From Camelus ferus (taxonomy: Eukaryota), in NCBI RefSeq assembly GCF_009834535.1, contig NC_045696.1:64978001-65042000 (forward strand): a stretch of 64,000 bases of DNA. The letters run 5' to 3'. Shown one piece after another: positions 50,561-63,899 of this stretch. The notes under the pieces were generated by a model. That model did not search any database, was not told the DNA's origin, and saw nothing but the letters and a program-made list of their open reading frames with translations. A program made the position numbers and the translations under genes. Numbering within the stretch: the stretch's first letter is position 1; each line of letters begins with the position of its first letter.

Positions 50561-52084
50561 TCTTGAAGTGAGCAAAGATATGTTATACTTTAAGTCACTT
50601 TGTCCATTTTTAAAGAGCAAGAGCTTTTTGGTGTCATTTCCTTTAAGGACTATTGAGTTATCCTCAGTGGTCTCCTTTCGATTACAAAAATAAGAAAAAA
50701 AAAGTACTGAAGGTTGACCTATATAGAGGGAGCACATTATGTAAAGCTGATGACACTCCTAGAAAGCATTGATGAAATAACCCAGTGTACATCGATATAC
50801 TTAGCAAGATCGAGTACGCTTGAGTATTTGTGAAGCCGATCAGTACTCTTATAGAGACAAAGACAAAGCTGTTGGCATCAGAAAGTGGATGCTAGGGACA
50901 TTTCAAGTTTCGTTAGACATTTTGCTGTAAGATCCTCAGGTTGGTCTTCTGGAATTCCATCCTCATTGGTCTAAAAGTAGGGTCTTGATAAACACAAGTA
51001 TATTGGAGCTTTTCATACAGGTTTTTCTGATTTCAAAGGCTCTAAGAGTGTAATGATTATGAAGATCCCACTTAATGCAGTGTGAAGAGTGGCCTCGGCA
51101 ATTTATCTGTCCTCTCTTTGCATCATATTTTTCCTCTGGAAAGTAAAATAATAAGAGCCACTTCTTTGGGTTGTTGCATGGATTAATTGAGATACTAAGT
51201 CATTTAAATTGTTTTAATTACACTCTTTGGAATTTTTCTTTTTCTTTTTATCTATTATAGAATTAAAAATAGAATTCAAGCACCCTAGTTCCCTGCTGTG
51301 TTTATTGCAAACCCAAGTTTTTCCTTTTAGTCCCTTCTGGATTTCACACTCAATGTAAACAAATCATTTCCTCTCTCTGTTCTGCCAGCACTTGTCAAAA
51401 AATGTGATGTGCCCAGCCAGTTGTATTCTGTGGCTTTTAAGAAAAGACGTCCTTCTTGAATGACAGTTTGTTGATGGGGTGAATTAACACAAAATATGAG
51501 ATCAGTTTAGTTACTGTGTGCTGGAAGAACATTTATTCTTTCTTCAGATTTCTGATTATGCTATGTAGTTATGGTGATTTATGAAAACAAACCTGAGTAT
51601 CTTATGCCAAATTCTTAGCAAAAGCCTAACTCAAAGTGAAATACTAGTTTGCATGATGGAAGGACTGATTCCTTTGATTTTCCCCCAAGGGAAAACAGTG
51701 CTTTAGTCTTTAAAGAATGAAATATAACGCAGAGTTAGCTCCTCTCTAGCCTCAGTGAAGAGAGTGTGCTGTAATTGGGCAGAGCTGTGCTCTAAAGCTT
51801 GTTTGCACTGTGCATATTGATGCTTATCACTTAAGACGATTTCGTATCAAAGAAGAATAGGAATAGGATGCTCTGTTAGATGGCATCAGAGTACCAGAGG
51901 ACATCTTTTGACTAATATGCTTCTCCATTTGACCCTAAAAATCAATAGACTGTTGAGTAAGATCTTATTTAAATTTTCATATAGTAGAAGTTTATTTCCT
52001 CTGATTTGAATTTTAAAACTCAGTTTCTTTTACTTCAATTCAGAGAATTCCATGAAAGAGCCAAAATATTGTTTTTTTTTAAAT

Positions 52085-52445
52085 CAGTGCTTTTTAACTT
52101 AGCTCTACCTGAGAATCACACAGAGAGTTATAAGCAAAAAGAAAGACCATCCCTGGACTCATAGGCATATTTAATTGGTTTGAAGTGTAGTCCAGACATA
52201 GGTTTTCTTTTTTCTTTTTTCCCCTCTTTTTTTTCTTATTTTTTTTAAAAACAACACCAGATGACTTTAACCTGTAGTTTTGGTTAAAAACCAGTGGTAA
52301 AAATTAACACTTCTCAAATTTTAATGTGCATCTAAGCCACTTGGGGATTTGGTAAAAATGCAGACTCTGAGCCTTCTGCAAGTCTGGGATGGGACATTGA
52401 TGGGGCTAACACTGCTGATTTAAGGATCACGTTTTCAATAAGGAA
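52085..52445. mobile_element. Two adjacent MER5-like hAT MITEs
   Basis: First 'cagtgctttttaactt..gaatcac..ttaattggt..ggttaaaaaccagtg' (52085-52296); second 'ttctcaaattttaatgtgcat..ggggatt..aaaatgcagactctga' (about 52306-52445). Confidence 0.65.
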
Positions 52446-52841
52446 GGTCTGAATTAAGGCTTGCTTTTGTTAGGAAACTTTTATCAATGAATGCCTTAAC
52501 CAAACCACTGTCTGTGAAATAATTAACTTTAGCTTCATTAGATGCTCAGAATGATCTTACTGTCATACTGCTTATTTCAGTCCTACACTGAGTGAACACC
52601 TAGTACATGCTCCCTCTTTTGCCAGGTTTGCAGGGAATGTACAGTGTAGAAAAATTAAAATCCAATGCCTAAGTAGGTCAAAGGGAGTAAAGGGCTGATG
52701 CTTATAACTAATTCATAGAGCAAAGCATTATAAAAGAAGTAAAATGTTTAACTTTTTGTTTGATTTTGAGATGTTATGCCTTTTTGTTGGAGACACTTCT
52801 CTGGTTTCAGAATTTCTTGAAGCCTAAAGGGTTCTTTTGCT

Positions 52842-52865
52842 CCCCCCCCCGCCCCCCCCCCCCCC
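52842..52865. repeat. Poly-C tract (C9-G-C14)
   Basis: Read directly from the sequence. Confidence 0.95.
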
Positions 52866-55600
52866 GCAACCACCGCTCTTTTCTGTAAAGGATGTATGTG
52901 TGTACTTAGGAATTTTTATCTATTTTGTGGATGAGTGTGTGTAAAGTCCCTAGAACAGTGCTTGACTAAAAACCCTTGAAAAGTGTCAGTGGAATGAATG
53001 GCTGGTAACAGATATCTGCCACCTAGTATTTGGGAACAGCGACTTTTGAAGCAGTCAGTGTGACAGATACCTGTAATAGAGGCAAAGAGTCCTAATACAT
53101 CGTCACACCTGGGACAGCTTCGTTGTGGGAAAGCAGGGAAGGAATGGGAGAAAGATACCGACAGAGCAACTACTGCAGAACAGGCATTTCAAACCCATGC
53201 AGAGGAATCGAGACTGCTGTGCCCGTGGTATGTGTCAGGTCCCTGCAATTCCTTGGACACTATGGTTAAAAGGATAGTTTGTTTCAGCAGTTCCAGGCTG
53301 GGGGTTTGGAACCCTTAGTCTTCTATGGGACACTTTGAACCTATAGGTGAAAAGAAGATCATGGGATTTTTGTAGAGAATTTATAAATTTCACTTAGATG
53401 AATTTATAAATTTTTCATTGGTGAGGTTCTCTAAGTACAAGATCTTTTCTTCCAGTTGATTATTTTAAAGTAGCCAGCTATTTCTCTGTTTCAGTTTTCT
53501 AAATGGTCAAAAGCAAATGGTAGTCCTCCTAACATGCTTTAGGATTTCATGAGGTTAATAAATTATAATAAACAGGATTCTGATTATTCCTGAGAAGATA
53601 AATGTCATCTATCTTATGTTATTTTGTAATATATTATATACTTTAGTTATATAAAATTATCTAAGTATCTCCAGCCAGATCTAAATATTGTGAAGACTTT
53701 TTGTAACAGTATAACTTTTAGTGCTTAAGACTTGTTCATTTGAAGTCATTGTGTTAATCACTTTTTTTTTTGTCCCCAGAAAATAGTTGTTGAATATCTT
53801 TCAAGAAATTAACAAAGTGATCAGCAGCTCACTTGCCAAGGGAATTAAGAGCAAAGTTTATGCCTCCCACTGCCAGCTTCCTTGTACAAAACAAATGTCA
53901 GAGGCAGCACGTGGGAACTTGTAATGGTTTAATTTACGTGTATGGAGTCAGCACAAAATTAATAGCAGTCTGTCACCAAGGTTTGTTAGCTAATTGCTGG
54001 GTTTTAATGTTAAGCAAATGAGTGTGAATTTTAACAACACTGTTCAAGAGCCTCTTTGGGAGCCTGCTCTTTCTGTTCCCCGTGGCACGCCTGGGGTTTC
54101 AAGCTATTTTCTGAATATGTTTTCTAATTCTTCAAGTATGAAGGTGGCGATCTCTGTTGTCTTTGGCATTCAGCCCCCTCTCCAATAAAATTAACTAGTC
54201 ACCTTTTCAGAAAAACAGACCATAAGGCAAAATTTCCAGGGCCACCGCTACTGTTTTCTTCTTTACACACCCCTTTCCCTATAAAAGACAGATAATTCAC
54301 ATTTCCCTACAGGCTGCAGGAGAAATGACTTACTGAGTTTTCTGTCATCTGATTCTACATAAAATTACTATAGATGGAGAGAATTCATTTTATTAAAGTG
54401 TAATCTATTTGTAAGGAGTGTGTTAAAAACATGCCTTATGATGAAAACAAAAGAGAATTTTTTTCTCCCACTGCCCCCTTTCCACTTTGTTCAGTTAGGA
54501 ATCGCTTTGATCTAGTCCTGGTTGTAACCTCGGGCAGGCCTGTGACATCTCTACAGCCCTACAGACACGTGAAGTCACAAAGAGTGTCAGTTCAGTAATT
54601 AGAATATAGCCCAAAGGTATTAATCCAAACCTTGAACTTGATTTATCAGCAGTTAACCCTTCCCTCGTAGAGTCTCTTTCTCACTGTCCCTTGCTACCAG
54701 CTGCTGTATTAGCTCCACCAGAGTCAGGGTGTTTTGTGGAGGGGAGGGAAGTTGTAAACAGAACATGGGTCTCATTTGTCTCAGCTTCATAAACCCTGGA
54801 CCTTGGCGGGTGTTTAAAGTTGAGGTCTTTGGGTAAAACTTTCTTTTTCTTTCATGACTGCTTTCATGACATCTTTAAGGATTCCCTGCCGGATGCTCTC
54901 ACCTGCAGTTCCCTTGACTGGCATCTCTGCTGCAGGTGGTTCCTTTGTAGCTCCTTCCTCAGCTCCTGGGCACCCTGTGGTGCACGTCCAGTCTCTTGGT
55001 GATGAGAAGCCTCTATCCTTGCGCCCCAGTTTAGCCTATGCAAGGTGATTCCGTCTCTGCCCTCCCCTCCCCTCCCCTTTCCCTCCCATCCTTTCCCTTC
55101 TCTTCTCTCTCTGTCTCTCTCTATGGCACAGCTTAGATTTTGGTAAAATCTAACTTTCTTAGATGTGAGTCAGGCCCCAGTCCTCTGTGACTTTCTACTG
55201 CTGAGAGGTGGCACCCTCAACCCTTCCTCCAGACTGGTGGGAAAAGAGGGCTCACAGCACAGCAACGGCTTGCTCTGCAAAAACCTGATAACTAGTTTTC
55301 TCCAAATTCTATTTCTGACCCTTGGACCTCTGTTTGTATCTTCTAGTATCTGGGGGAAGGGTGTGCAAGAATAATAGAATATGTTCCCTTTCAACACCTA
55401 TGTCAGTTCTACCTGTGGAGATTTGTCCGATACACAGAATTCACCCTGATAACCACTGTGCGAACTTCTCAATTAAATCTGAGGCAAGAAGAATCCTAGT
55501 TAAGTATGTTACATCTTTAAACAAGTTGAGTATGGAGAGAATTCCATTCATTGTGGTTTCTTAGCCGTTGATTTGGCACTAATAATTAGACACAATAGGA

Positions 55601-55778
55601 TTTTTTTTTTTGAAGTACGGTTGATTTACCATGTTGTATTAATTTCAGGTGTACGAGGTAGTGATTCAGTTATACATATATATTTCATATTCTTTTTCAT
55701 TATATGTTATTACAAGTTATTGAATATAGTTTCCTATACCGTCCAGTAGGGTCTTGTTTATCGATTCTGTGTGTAGTA
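55601..55778 (-). mobile_element. L1 3'UTR tail, more diverged
   Basis: Poly-T then 'gaagtacggttgatttac..tttcaggtgtac..gtgattcagttatacata..tattgaatatagtt'; no clear TSD. Confidence 0.85.
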
Positions 55779-56336
55779 CCTTGTAGTTACTAGAGGGAGA
55801 GGGGAGGGCTAAATTGGATGTTTAAGATTAGCACAATAAGATTTTTGTGGGCGATCAAAGATGTATAAAATATAGCAGTTGTCTTCATGGGCACACAGCT
55901 TAATTGGGAAATCCAGATATGTTCAGTATAGATGAATTTACCTCTGATATTGCAGGTCAGACTACACTGAAGTGGCATCTTGTACTCTGGCAATCCATTT
56001 GATTCGGTACTTGCCAAAGGAAAAGGTAGTTTGGTAGGCATGGAGACATTTTGACATGATGATTTGGATTTGGCAGCTGATGGAGTTATTGATCTTTATC
56101 ATAGAGATGCTTCAAGAAATGGAAGGTTGGGGTGGAGAAGGAAAAAAATCAAAGAGTAAATTAACCTGGAATATGTTACTGGTTGTATAATAAACTTATG
56201 CTGAGTCTACATATTTTATTACAATTTCTGTCTTCAAAAAGTTTTCACAGTGAAGGCAATTAAGCATTAGAGACAAATCTAAGGAAGTTTCACACCCAGT
56301 CTCTCCTACAAGATGGGCTAATGATTAAGAATTCTG

Positions 56337-56865
56337 ACCCCAGTGTTCGCAGCAGCACTATTTACAATAGCCAAGACATGGAAGCAACCTAAATGTTCAT
56401 TGACATATGATTGAATAACGAAGTTGTGGTGTGTGTGTGAACACTACTCGGCCATAAAAAAAAAAAAATGCCATTTTCAGTGACATGGATGGACCTAGAG
56501 ATTGTCATACTAAGTGAAGTAAGCCAGAAGGAGAAAAAAAAATACCATATAATGTCACTTATATATAGAATCTAAAAAATGAGACAAATGAATTTACTTA
56601 CAGAACAGAAACAGACATAGAAAACAAACTTGTGGTTACCTGAGAAGAAAAGGGATAGATTGGGAGTTTGGGATTTGCAGATACTAACTGCTACATGTAT
56701 AGAATAGATAAACAATGAGGTCCTACTGCATAGCACATGGAACTATGTTCAATACCTTGTAATAGCCTATAATGAAAAAGAATATGAAAAGGACTATCCC
56801 TATGCTGTACACCAGGGATTAACACAACATTGTAAACCATGTATAATTCAATTTAAAACAAAAAT
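56337..56865 (+). mobile_element. 5'-truncated L1 (ORF2 end plus 3'UTR)
   Basis: 'gcagcactatttacaatagccaagacatggaagcaacctaaatg', 'catggatggacctagaga', 'aaacttgtggttacc', 'gaaaaagaatatgaaa'; flanked by gaattctg (56329-56336 and 56866-56873). Confidence 0.92.
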
Positions 56866-57149
56866 GAATTCTGGCATTAGACCCAAAGTCCTAGGTTTGA
56901 ATCCCTGGCTTGATTGTGAGATCCAGCACCTGCCTAATTTTCATTGCTATATCATATGCTGAAACAAACTTTTTCTTTAACCATTACCTAAAATTAAACT
57001 GTTTTCATTATTTTGTGACAAGAAACGATTCATATAGTTCTTATATTCTGTATGGTGAAATAGAATATTTGATTGTGTTTTTCCTTTGAGGAAATATTTT
57101 TAAACTACTCTCAATTTACAGAGTTCCTTAAAGAAGAAAAGACCCCCCC

Positions 57150-57172
57150 CACACACACACACACACATACAC
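57150..57172. repeat. (CA)n microsatellite
   Basis: Read directly from the sequence. Confidence 0.9.
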
Positions 57173-59914
57173 TCCTATTATAAACAGTTCCTTGAAGTCT
57201 TTTTTACCTCTCATCCATAAAATGTGCATATTCATAGTGGCACATGAAGGACTTACTGCGTTTTACCCATGTGCTTAGAATTTCCTTGTTCCAATCTAAT
57301 ATGTTTTGGGTTTGGTTAATAGCATGAATGTGTTCACCTCACTCAATCTTTTTTTTTTTCTCTCTCTCTCTTTCTATTTTATGGATACGTTGGAAACTGC
57401 ATTTTACATATAAAAAGTTGCTTTAAAGCCATTCACCCATAGCCTCAACATCTATTTTCACTGTAGTTCTATTCATCACCCAAACATAATTTAAGAAATT
57501 ACAATGCAATTGTTAGCTTATTATGCAATATTTTCATTATAAAGATTTCCCCTTTTCAATTTCTTGGCAAAACTTTCTCTGATACTAGGCCAATATTTTT
57601 CTCTTCTGATTTTGTTTGGCAGTCATATTAAACAAGCTCAGGTCCATGACCTTGAAAACAGAACTCAATAGAGGAATTACCCTTGTGTATAATGAATTGA
57701 CACAAGAAAAGCCACTCTGGTTGGATCTTAAATTCAACAAAGTAATTTGCTTGGAATCTTGAGAGAATGATTTTGTATCCTTTATTAGAATGTATTCAGC
57801 TGAGTAGTTGCAACTACATAAGTAACACTGATGGCGCTGCTAATCAGGGGAATAAAGATATGTGCATACACACACACACTACACATACATGTGATAAATC
57901 TGATTCATAAGTGACAGACATTTCTTGAGTTGCCAAGTGTTGATGACAGTATACAATATTCAGTTAATTTAGAGATACAAGATCTTCTTAGTTTTTCTCA
58001 TTCACTACTTTCTCTCCTTATTTGGAACAAAGATTTATTTCATATATCATTGCTAGAGTAACTTCCAGCCAGCAATCTGCAAGTTTTTACTAGTCTACTC
58101 TTGAGCTATACAAATGTTTTCATACTTTCTTTGAAGGTATATAACAAATACTTCAAAATAATTTGAATCTTAATATGGATTATAACAAAATAATTAGACC
58201 AGAAGGCCAAGAATTAGAGCAAAAGACTAAGGTAGTCAATACTGGTATTTTCCAGACTTTTAAAAAAAATGAATGAACTCCAAATTACTTATGGTTTAAA
58301 AGCATTCCCTCTATAAACAACCATTAATGATTAAATCAATGATGCTAACCGCTGTTTTTACCTTTTCATTATATTTATGATCATGTATTGTATTTTCCCT
58401 CATGTAAAATTTCCTGGTTCCAAAAAATACCATTCCACACAGTTACTCTGTAATGTCTCTGTTCATTTTGCTGTTGTTTTACTATTGTTTTACAAATATA
58501 GAAGCTTTAGTGTCCTAAATCACAGGATAGCTTAAAGATTAGAATCCAGGAGTTCAATTTTTCAGTATTTATTACAGTGTCACACCCTCTCAGAAGTCAA
58601 GCCCAAGATTAAAAATAGAACACATACTATAGCTTAGAATTAGCTCACCCTATCTTGTGTAAAGTAACTTTGTATTTCTTATTATGAAATGTGGGAAATC
58701 CTGGTGTTTACTATGACTGCTGAGAAGCTGTTCTAAGGAGGACTGCTGGCAAGGTAGTGTTTTCTTCCTTAATTGTGAAAAGGTTTCCTAGTCAAGTGAC
58801 TAGAACATTTGGCTAACCCAACTAACCAGCAAAATCAGCACCAGAAATGTCTTCATGATATAGATGAACTACATGTAATTGTCATTGTACCAAAGGTGGA
58901 GGCCAAAATGACTCTGATGCAAAGATATGGAGAAAGCCCTCCACTGGGAAAGAAAACTTTAAAAGTCAGAACTCTAGGATAATGTGGGATAAAGATTTAA
59001 ATGAAATTACTTAAAAGTCAGGGATCTGCATCATGACAGGAAATATGTGTACGGCTAATACAGGGGATAGGACATTATCTGAGCCTCCGATATTGATGTA
59101 AAGATCATTTAGGGATGGACAGGCGATATTCTGATTGTTGCTGAATAGAAAGTTGAGTCTAAATAACAGAGTTGCACAACTGAGGCATGAATTGAAAATC
59201 CTGGTTCTACAGCCAGATACCAAGGCTGAGACTCTGATAGGGCTTTTAATACCACTAAAATTCTCCCAGAAGGAGATGGGTTGCTACTTATTTGATCAAA
59301 TTAAATTCTAGAAAATTAGAAAATCATGTAGCAATAATGGTACTGATTTAATATTTTAAAGAATAACTGCATTATGTCACATTACCTTTGCATAGTGGCT
59401 TATGATTTAACAAGGACCATCCCCCTAGGAGAACCTTATATGTTAACCGATCAGAGCATAATTGCAGTTTATGAGCTTATGGACTGCAGCTATTGAAGTG
59501 TGAGATTTTCTAAGAGTCAATAGTGCTTGAAATCCACACTTTAAAAAGTTAGAATTGGTAAAAACTGGTATTAACTTCCATACAGCCACTAACCAGGTCA
59601 AAGTTAATAAAACGAAAACCGTCCAAAAGCTCAAGGTATCTCTGTTCTAATTGCCTGAGTTCAGGAATGCTCATTATTCATCTGTACTACCAACTGTCCA
59701 TCTGTGCATTTATCCAAGGTAACTATATCAAATAAAACCATAAAGGAAATTATTGTCAAAGAAGAGTTTTAGAACCTACTTTACTATTTTTATGTTGTTA
59801 CACAGGAATCTATTTTATTTTGGCTTAATTAAAATAGTTCAGAGATAGAGCATGTTGAAAGGAGCAAAGAAAACTTAAGAAGTTGTAAAAAGTGTTTTAA
59901 AAAATATTTTTATA

Positions 59915-60045
59915 GGGGGAGGGTATGGCTTAGTGGCAGAGTGTGTGCTTGGCACACACAAGGTCCTGGGTTCAACCCCTAGTACCTCCATTAAAAATAA
60001 ATAAATGAGTAAACCTAATTACCCTCCCCTTTAAAAAAATTTTAG
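59915..60045 (+). mobile_element. tRNA-derived SINE (camelid Vic-1 type)
   Basis: gggggagggtatggcttagtggcagagtgtgtgcttggcacacacaaggtcctgggttcaacccctagtacctcca plus AT-rich tail with 'aaacctaattacc'; degenerate TSD aaat(a/g)ttttta (59902-59912 and 60046-60056). Confidence 0.9.
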
Positions 60046-61449
60046 AAATGTTTTTACTTTAAAAGCATTAAATATATAGCATATGCCAAGTATTAAGTAT
60101 ATAGCATTTGCTAAAAGGCATGCAAATTGGCAGGCATCATTTTTAAAGTATAAAATCATGGATATGTATGCATATCCTAGTTTCTTTACAAAGTCTATAT
60201 AAGTAAATTAAATATTTGTAAATAACTTATACTTACAAATATGTAAGTATCTACATATTAACAAGTCTGTCAGCGATAGGTTCGTGTGTGCACGTGCGTT
60301 TGTGTGTGTGAGTAAATGCAACACAAAATTTGAATAGACAGTACAAATCAATGAGGATAAATTATTGAAAAAATATCAAAGAATTTCTCCCCCTTACATA
60401 TAACTTCTCTTTAAAAGAAAAAAGAACAATGTATATTTGGTTAGATCGTTGAAAATTTCATTGATTTAGCTATTATAAAATTATCTAAATATGTAAATCA
60501 AAAGCTAGAAACCGAAGGAAAGACTCAGTCACAGGGGAAGTAAGACTCTGCCTCCCTGTAGCTATTTGCATACAATTATGATAGAAGAAGAGGACAGGAT
60601 GAGGGCCAACTAGCTGGGTTCACTGTTCTCTGGCCTGAACTTGAATGTTGATGGCAATGAATTAATTCATCATCTGGAATAGCACAACCAGACAAGCCAT
60701 AACAGTGATGTGCAGTTTCTCTCCTCACCAAAACTCATGTCAGAAAGCTCTATAAATCTCATTCAATGGGCTGTTTTACCTCCTTGGAGAACACCAAACA
60801 GAGTCCTCCAGGTGGGTGCTCTCATTAGACACCACATAACTCCAGGAAGGAGAGTTTCCATAGGTTTGAGACGCACCTTTCTAGGAAAAAAAGGTATGTG
60901 CTTGGCCATGTTTAGATTTAATGTAACAAATTTCTCTCTTTATGTGAAAAACTGGGAGTTAGAAATGAGAAATATGTAAGTTTAATCATTGGCAAATATT
61001 ATTTTTAATGATTGCTTTTAAATGACTAAATTAAGTTTGCCTTTGATGATTCATCAGAAGTTGCAATAAAAATGGAAATAATGGTGGGAAATCAACTTGT
61101 GCCTCTACTTGATATGTCAGACAAAATCTGACTTGAATTCAGGTATTTTTTATCACATTAAATGTGAATTTAATTCATTGTAAAAATGTATGCTCTGATA
61201 CACACATCAACATTATGAGTAGTGCATTGATAAATTCAAACTTTCCTAGGTACCATAATCACTTTCCCGTATAAATCAACCTACTCAGAAAATACCTAAT
61301 ATAAAGCTCAATAATGTTTTCTTTCCTCTGATCCTAGTTTTAATATGTATACCTCACTTCTAGACCTGTTCATTGGCCTTTCCTGGAAAAATTGTGAGAA
61401 AAGTCCACAGTGTTTATAACATTAATAATTTAAATTTTTCTATTACTTT

Positions 61450-61710
61450 AATAATAACAGACACTCTTTATCGAAGTCCTACTTAAAATGTGCCCAGCAG
61501 GCTGATAAATGCTCTGTTTGTAGTATTTCTTTGAATTGTCACCACAGCCTTTTATGGAAGTTTATTAACTTCCGTTTCACAGATAAGGAAACTGAGGCAT
61601 CTACAGATAAAGTATTTTTTTCCAAGGTCTTACAGTTGGTAAGTGGTGGAATCACAATTCATACCCCGCTCAGCATGCCTCCAGAGTTCACGTTCTTACA
61701 CTTCACATTA
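61450..61710 (-). mobile_element. MIR SINE
   Basis: 'tttcacagataaggaaactgaggca', 'tccaaggtcttacagttggtaagtgg', 'ctccagagttcacgttctta'. Confidence 0.8.
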
Positions 61711-62515
61711 ATGCCTCTCATCTGTCCAAGGCTGTGGCAAGTTACACATTCCGGTGGAACCTTAGCAAAAATTTTTCACTGCTACTTCATATTCCAAATA
61801 ATATGGAGGAGTTTTATATGTGTTCAGTCGAAACCAAAACATAAGTATTTACTTGTTTATTTGTTATAACTTCTTTTGACTGAATTGTTAAACGTTTCAT
61901 AGTGTAAACTGTTAGAGAAGTTTAACTCCATATGTAAATGTAAACATTTAATATCTTCCAACTTGATCTTTTCATGTTTACAGATTGGCTTGAGAATCTT
62001 GCCTTTTGCCTATTTGTGGAATTAGATATTTTGAGTTCAGAGGTAAACTACAGGTTATTCTAGTCCAGTATCATATCTGTACTTGTTCCCTAAAAAGCTT
62101 CTGTGATTATCTTAAGTGATAAATTTATCAAATATCCTATATTATCTCTCACTATGCTAAAAATAGCAATAACACATACATGTGATTGAATACCTATTAT
62201 TTCTTTTACAAAAATGAATCACAATACTAAGGCAATGTTAGATATAACTGTTTTAAGCGTATAAATGAATAACAAATATTATGCTAACAGTAATTCAGGA
62301 TTCATTCCTGTTATAAAGCAAATAGCTTTTATAACTGAAGTCATTCTTTGAGAAAAATGTCCTGCATTTTTTATGCTGAGAGTCTCAGGAAAACTTTAAA
62401 CTTTCTCTGGATTAACATGAGATGGCAGGGCTCAATATATAATTCAAGTAACACAATCTTCTCTTCCAAATTCAGGCTTTAGCCCCACACAACCATTTTT
62501 TTAATCCTTTTTATT

Positions 62516-62653
62516 TCTTGAATGTATTTTTTATTCTTTTGGGGGGGGAGAGATAATTTGGTTTTTATCTATTTTAATAGAGTACTGGGGATTGAACCCT
62601 GGACCTTGTGCATACTAGGCACACATTCTACCACTGAGCTATGCCCTCCCCCC
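62516..62653 (-). mobile_element. tRNA-derived SINE (camelid Vic-1 type)
   Basis: Minus strand ggggagggcatagctcagtggtagaatgtgtgcctagtatgcacaaggtccagggttcaatccccagtact; perfect 16-bp TSD tttaatcctttttatt (62500-62515 and 62654-62669). Confidence 0.92.
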
Positions 62654-63871
62654 TTTAATCCTTTTTATTAATTCTCGTATGGACTTTAGTTTGTATTTCT
62701 GGACACATCTTACAGAAAATCAATAGAGCATCCTAATTTCCTCAAAGTCTTGGTTTCTAACCATTGGCTAAAGCTAAATTAACCAATTCTTTTTTTCCTT
62801 CCATTTTTCCATCCTTCTTTCTTCCTTTTTTCCTCCCTCTCTCCCTTCCTGTTGCCACTAAACTTATGTAATATTTGTTACTTTTGCTAGGATTCATGAT
62901 TTGTCAACATTGTCTTATTTCCTCCTTCCCTTTTCTTCAAGAGGATTAGTTCCATGTCTGGGAGCAAAGTCCAGGATCGATAAAATTGTCTATCTGCTCT
63001 CAGAAATATTAACCTCTTTTGGAGGCTAAGTAGGTAAAATATACAATTGAGAGGAAGATTTTAGGTTCCAGGAGCTCTGGGAAATAAGACCATATCTCTT
63101 TATCCAGAGTCAGGTTATATTTCCTCTTCAGTGCAAAAGTAAGGAGATCAGATGACTTTTTGGTATATTTTACACGCCATTGATTAGAAATTATCTCTGA
63201 GTTTACTGATCAATTCATAAATGCATTTTCAAGGGAGTGGATTTTATATGGCTGAAATATTTACTAAACAACTAACTTGTCAATAGGATTTAGTTCCTTT
63301 TTGTTGCTTTCCTTGACATTAGGAACAAATCAGTTCCCTGAGGGTATAGTGGGAACAATCTCAGACAATAACATGAAAATCTCACTTAATGTGATGCTTT
63401 TTATTAACATTAATCTTTCTTGGGTTCTTTATCTTTCCAATTTCATTGAGATATGTGTCTCATGTGAATTAAGTAGCGGTTTTCAGAATATTTTTCCTGA
63501 TTATCCACTCGCAGTTTTTTACCATGGTTGACACTGATCAAAATAAAGATGATCATTGTATTACTTAAAGACAAGTGATTATTTCTGAAATAGTTGACAG
63601 TAAAAGGCACCTTGACAAAGCTATTGATTCTAGTTAGAGGGAACCAACCTAGGTATGCACATTTTTATTCCCTCTGTCACTCTTGAGCTGGAAATACCAT
63701 AGCCTTTCTTAAGGGCTTGGGTGTTTTATTATCTTGTCGATGAAAATTTCTTCCTTTGCTCCATTTAAAATATCTCTGGTTTATTTTTGAACACAGGGAA
63801 TATTTGATCATAATTCCCAGTATGAAATAATTTCATGATTTTGAAGATAGACTTCCCTTTTTAACTGCTTT

Positions 63872-63899
63872 GTGTGTGTATGTGTGTGTGTGTGTGTGT
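63872..63899. repeat. (TG)n microsatellite, one interruption
   Basis: Read directly from the sequence. Confidence 0.9.

Noticed and set aside
59941..59959. Perfect hairpin gtgtgtgc-ttg-gcacacac suggesting compensatory evolution between SINE copies
   Set aside because: Differences among the three copies are mostly CG/TG/CA changes, which CpG decay of a self-complementary ancestor explains without selection.
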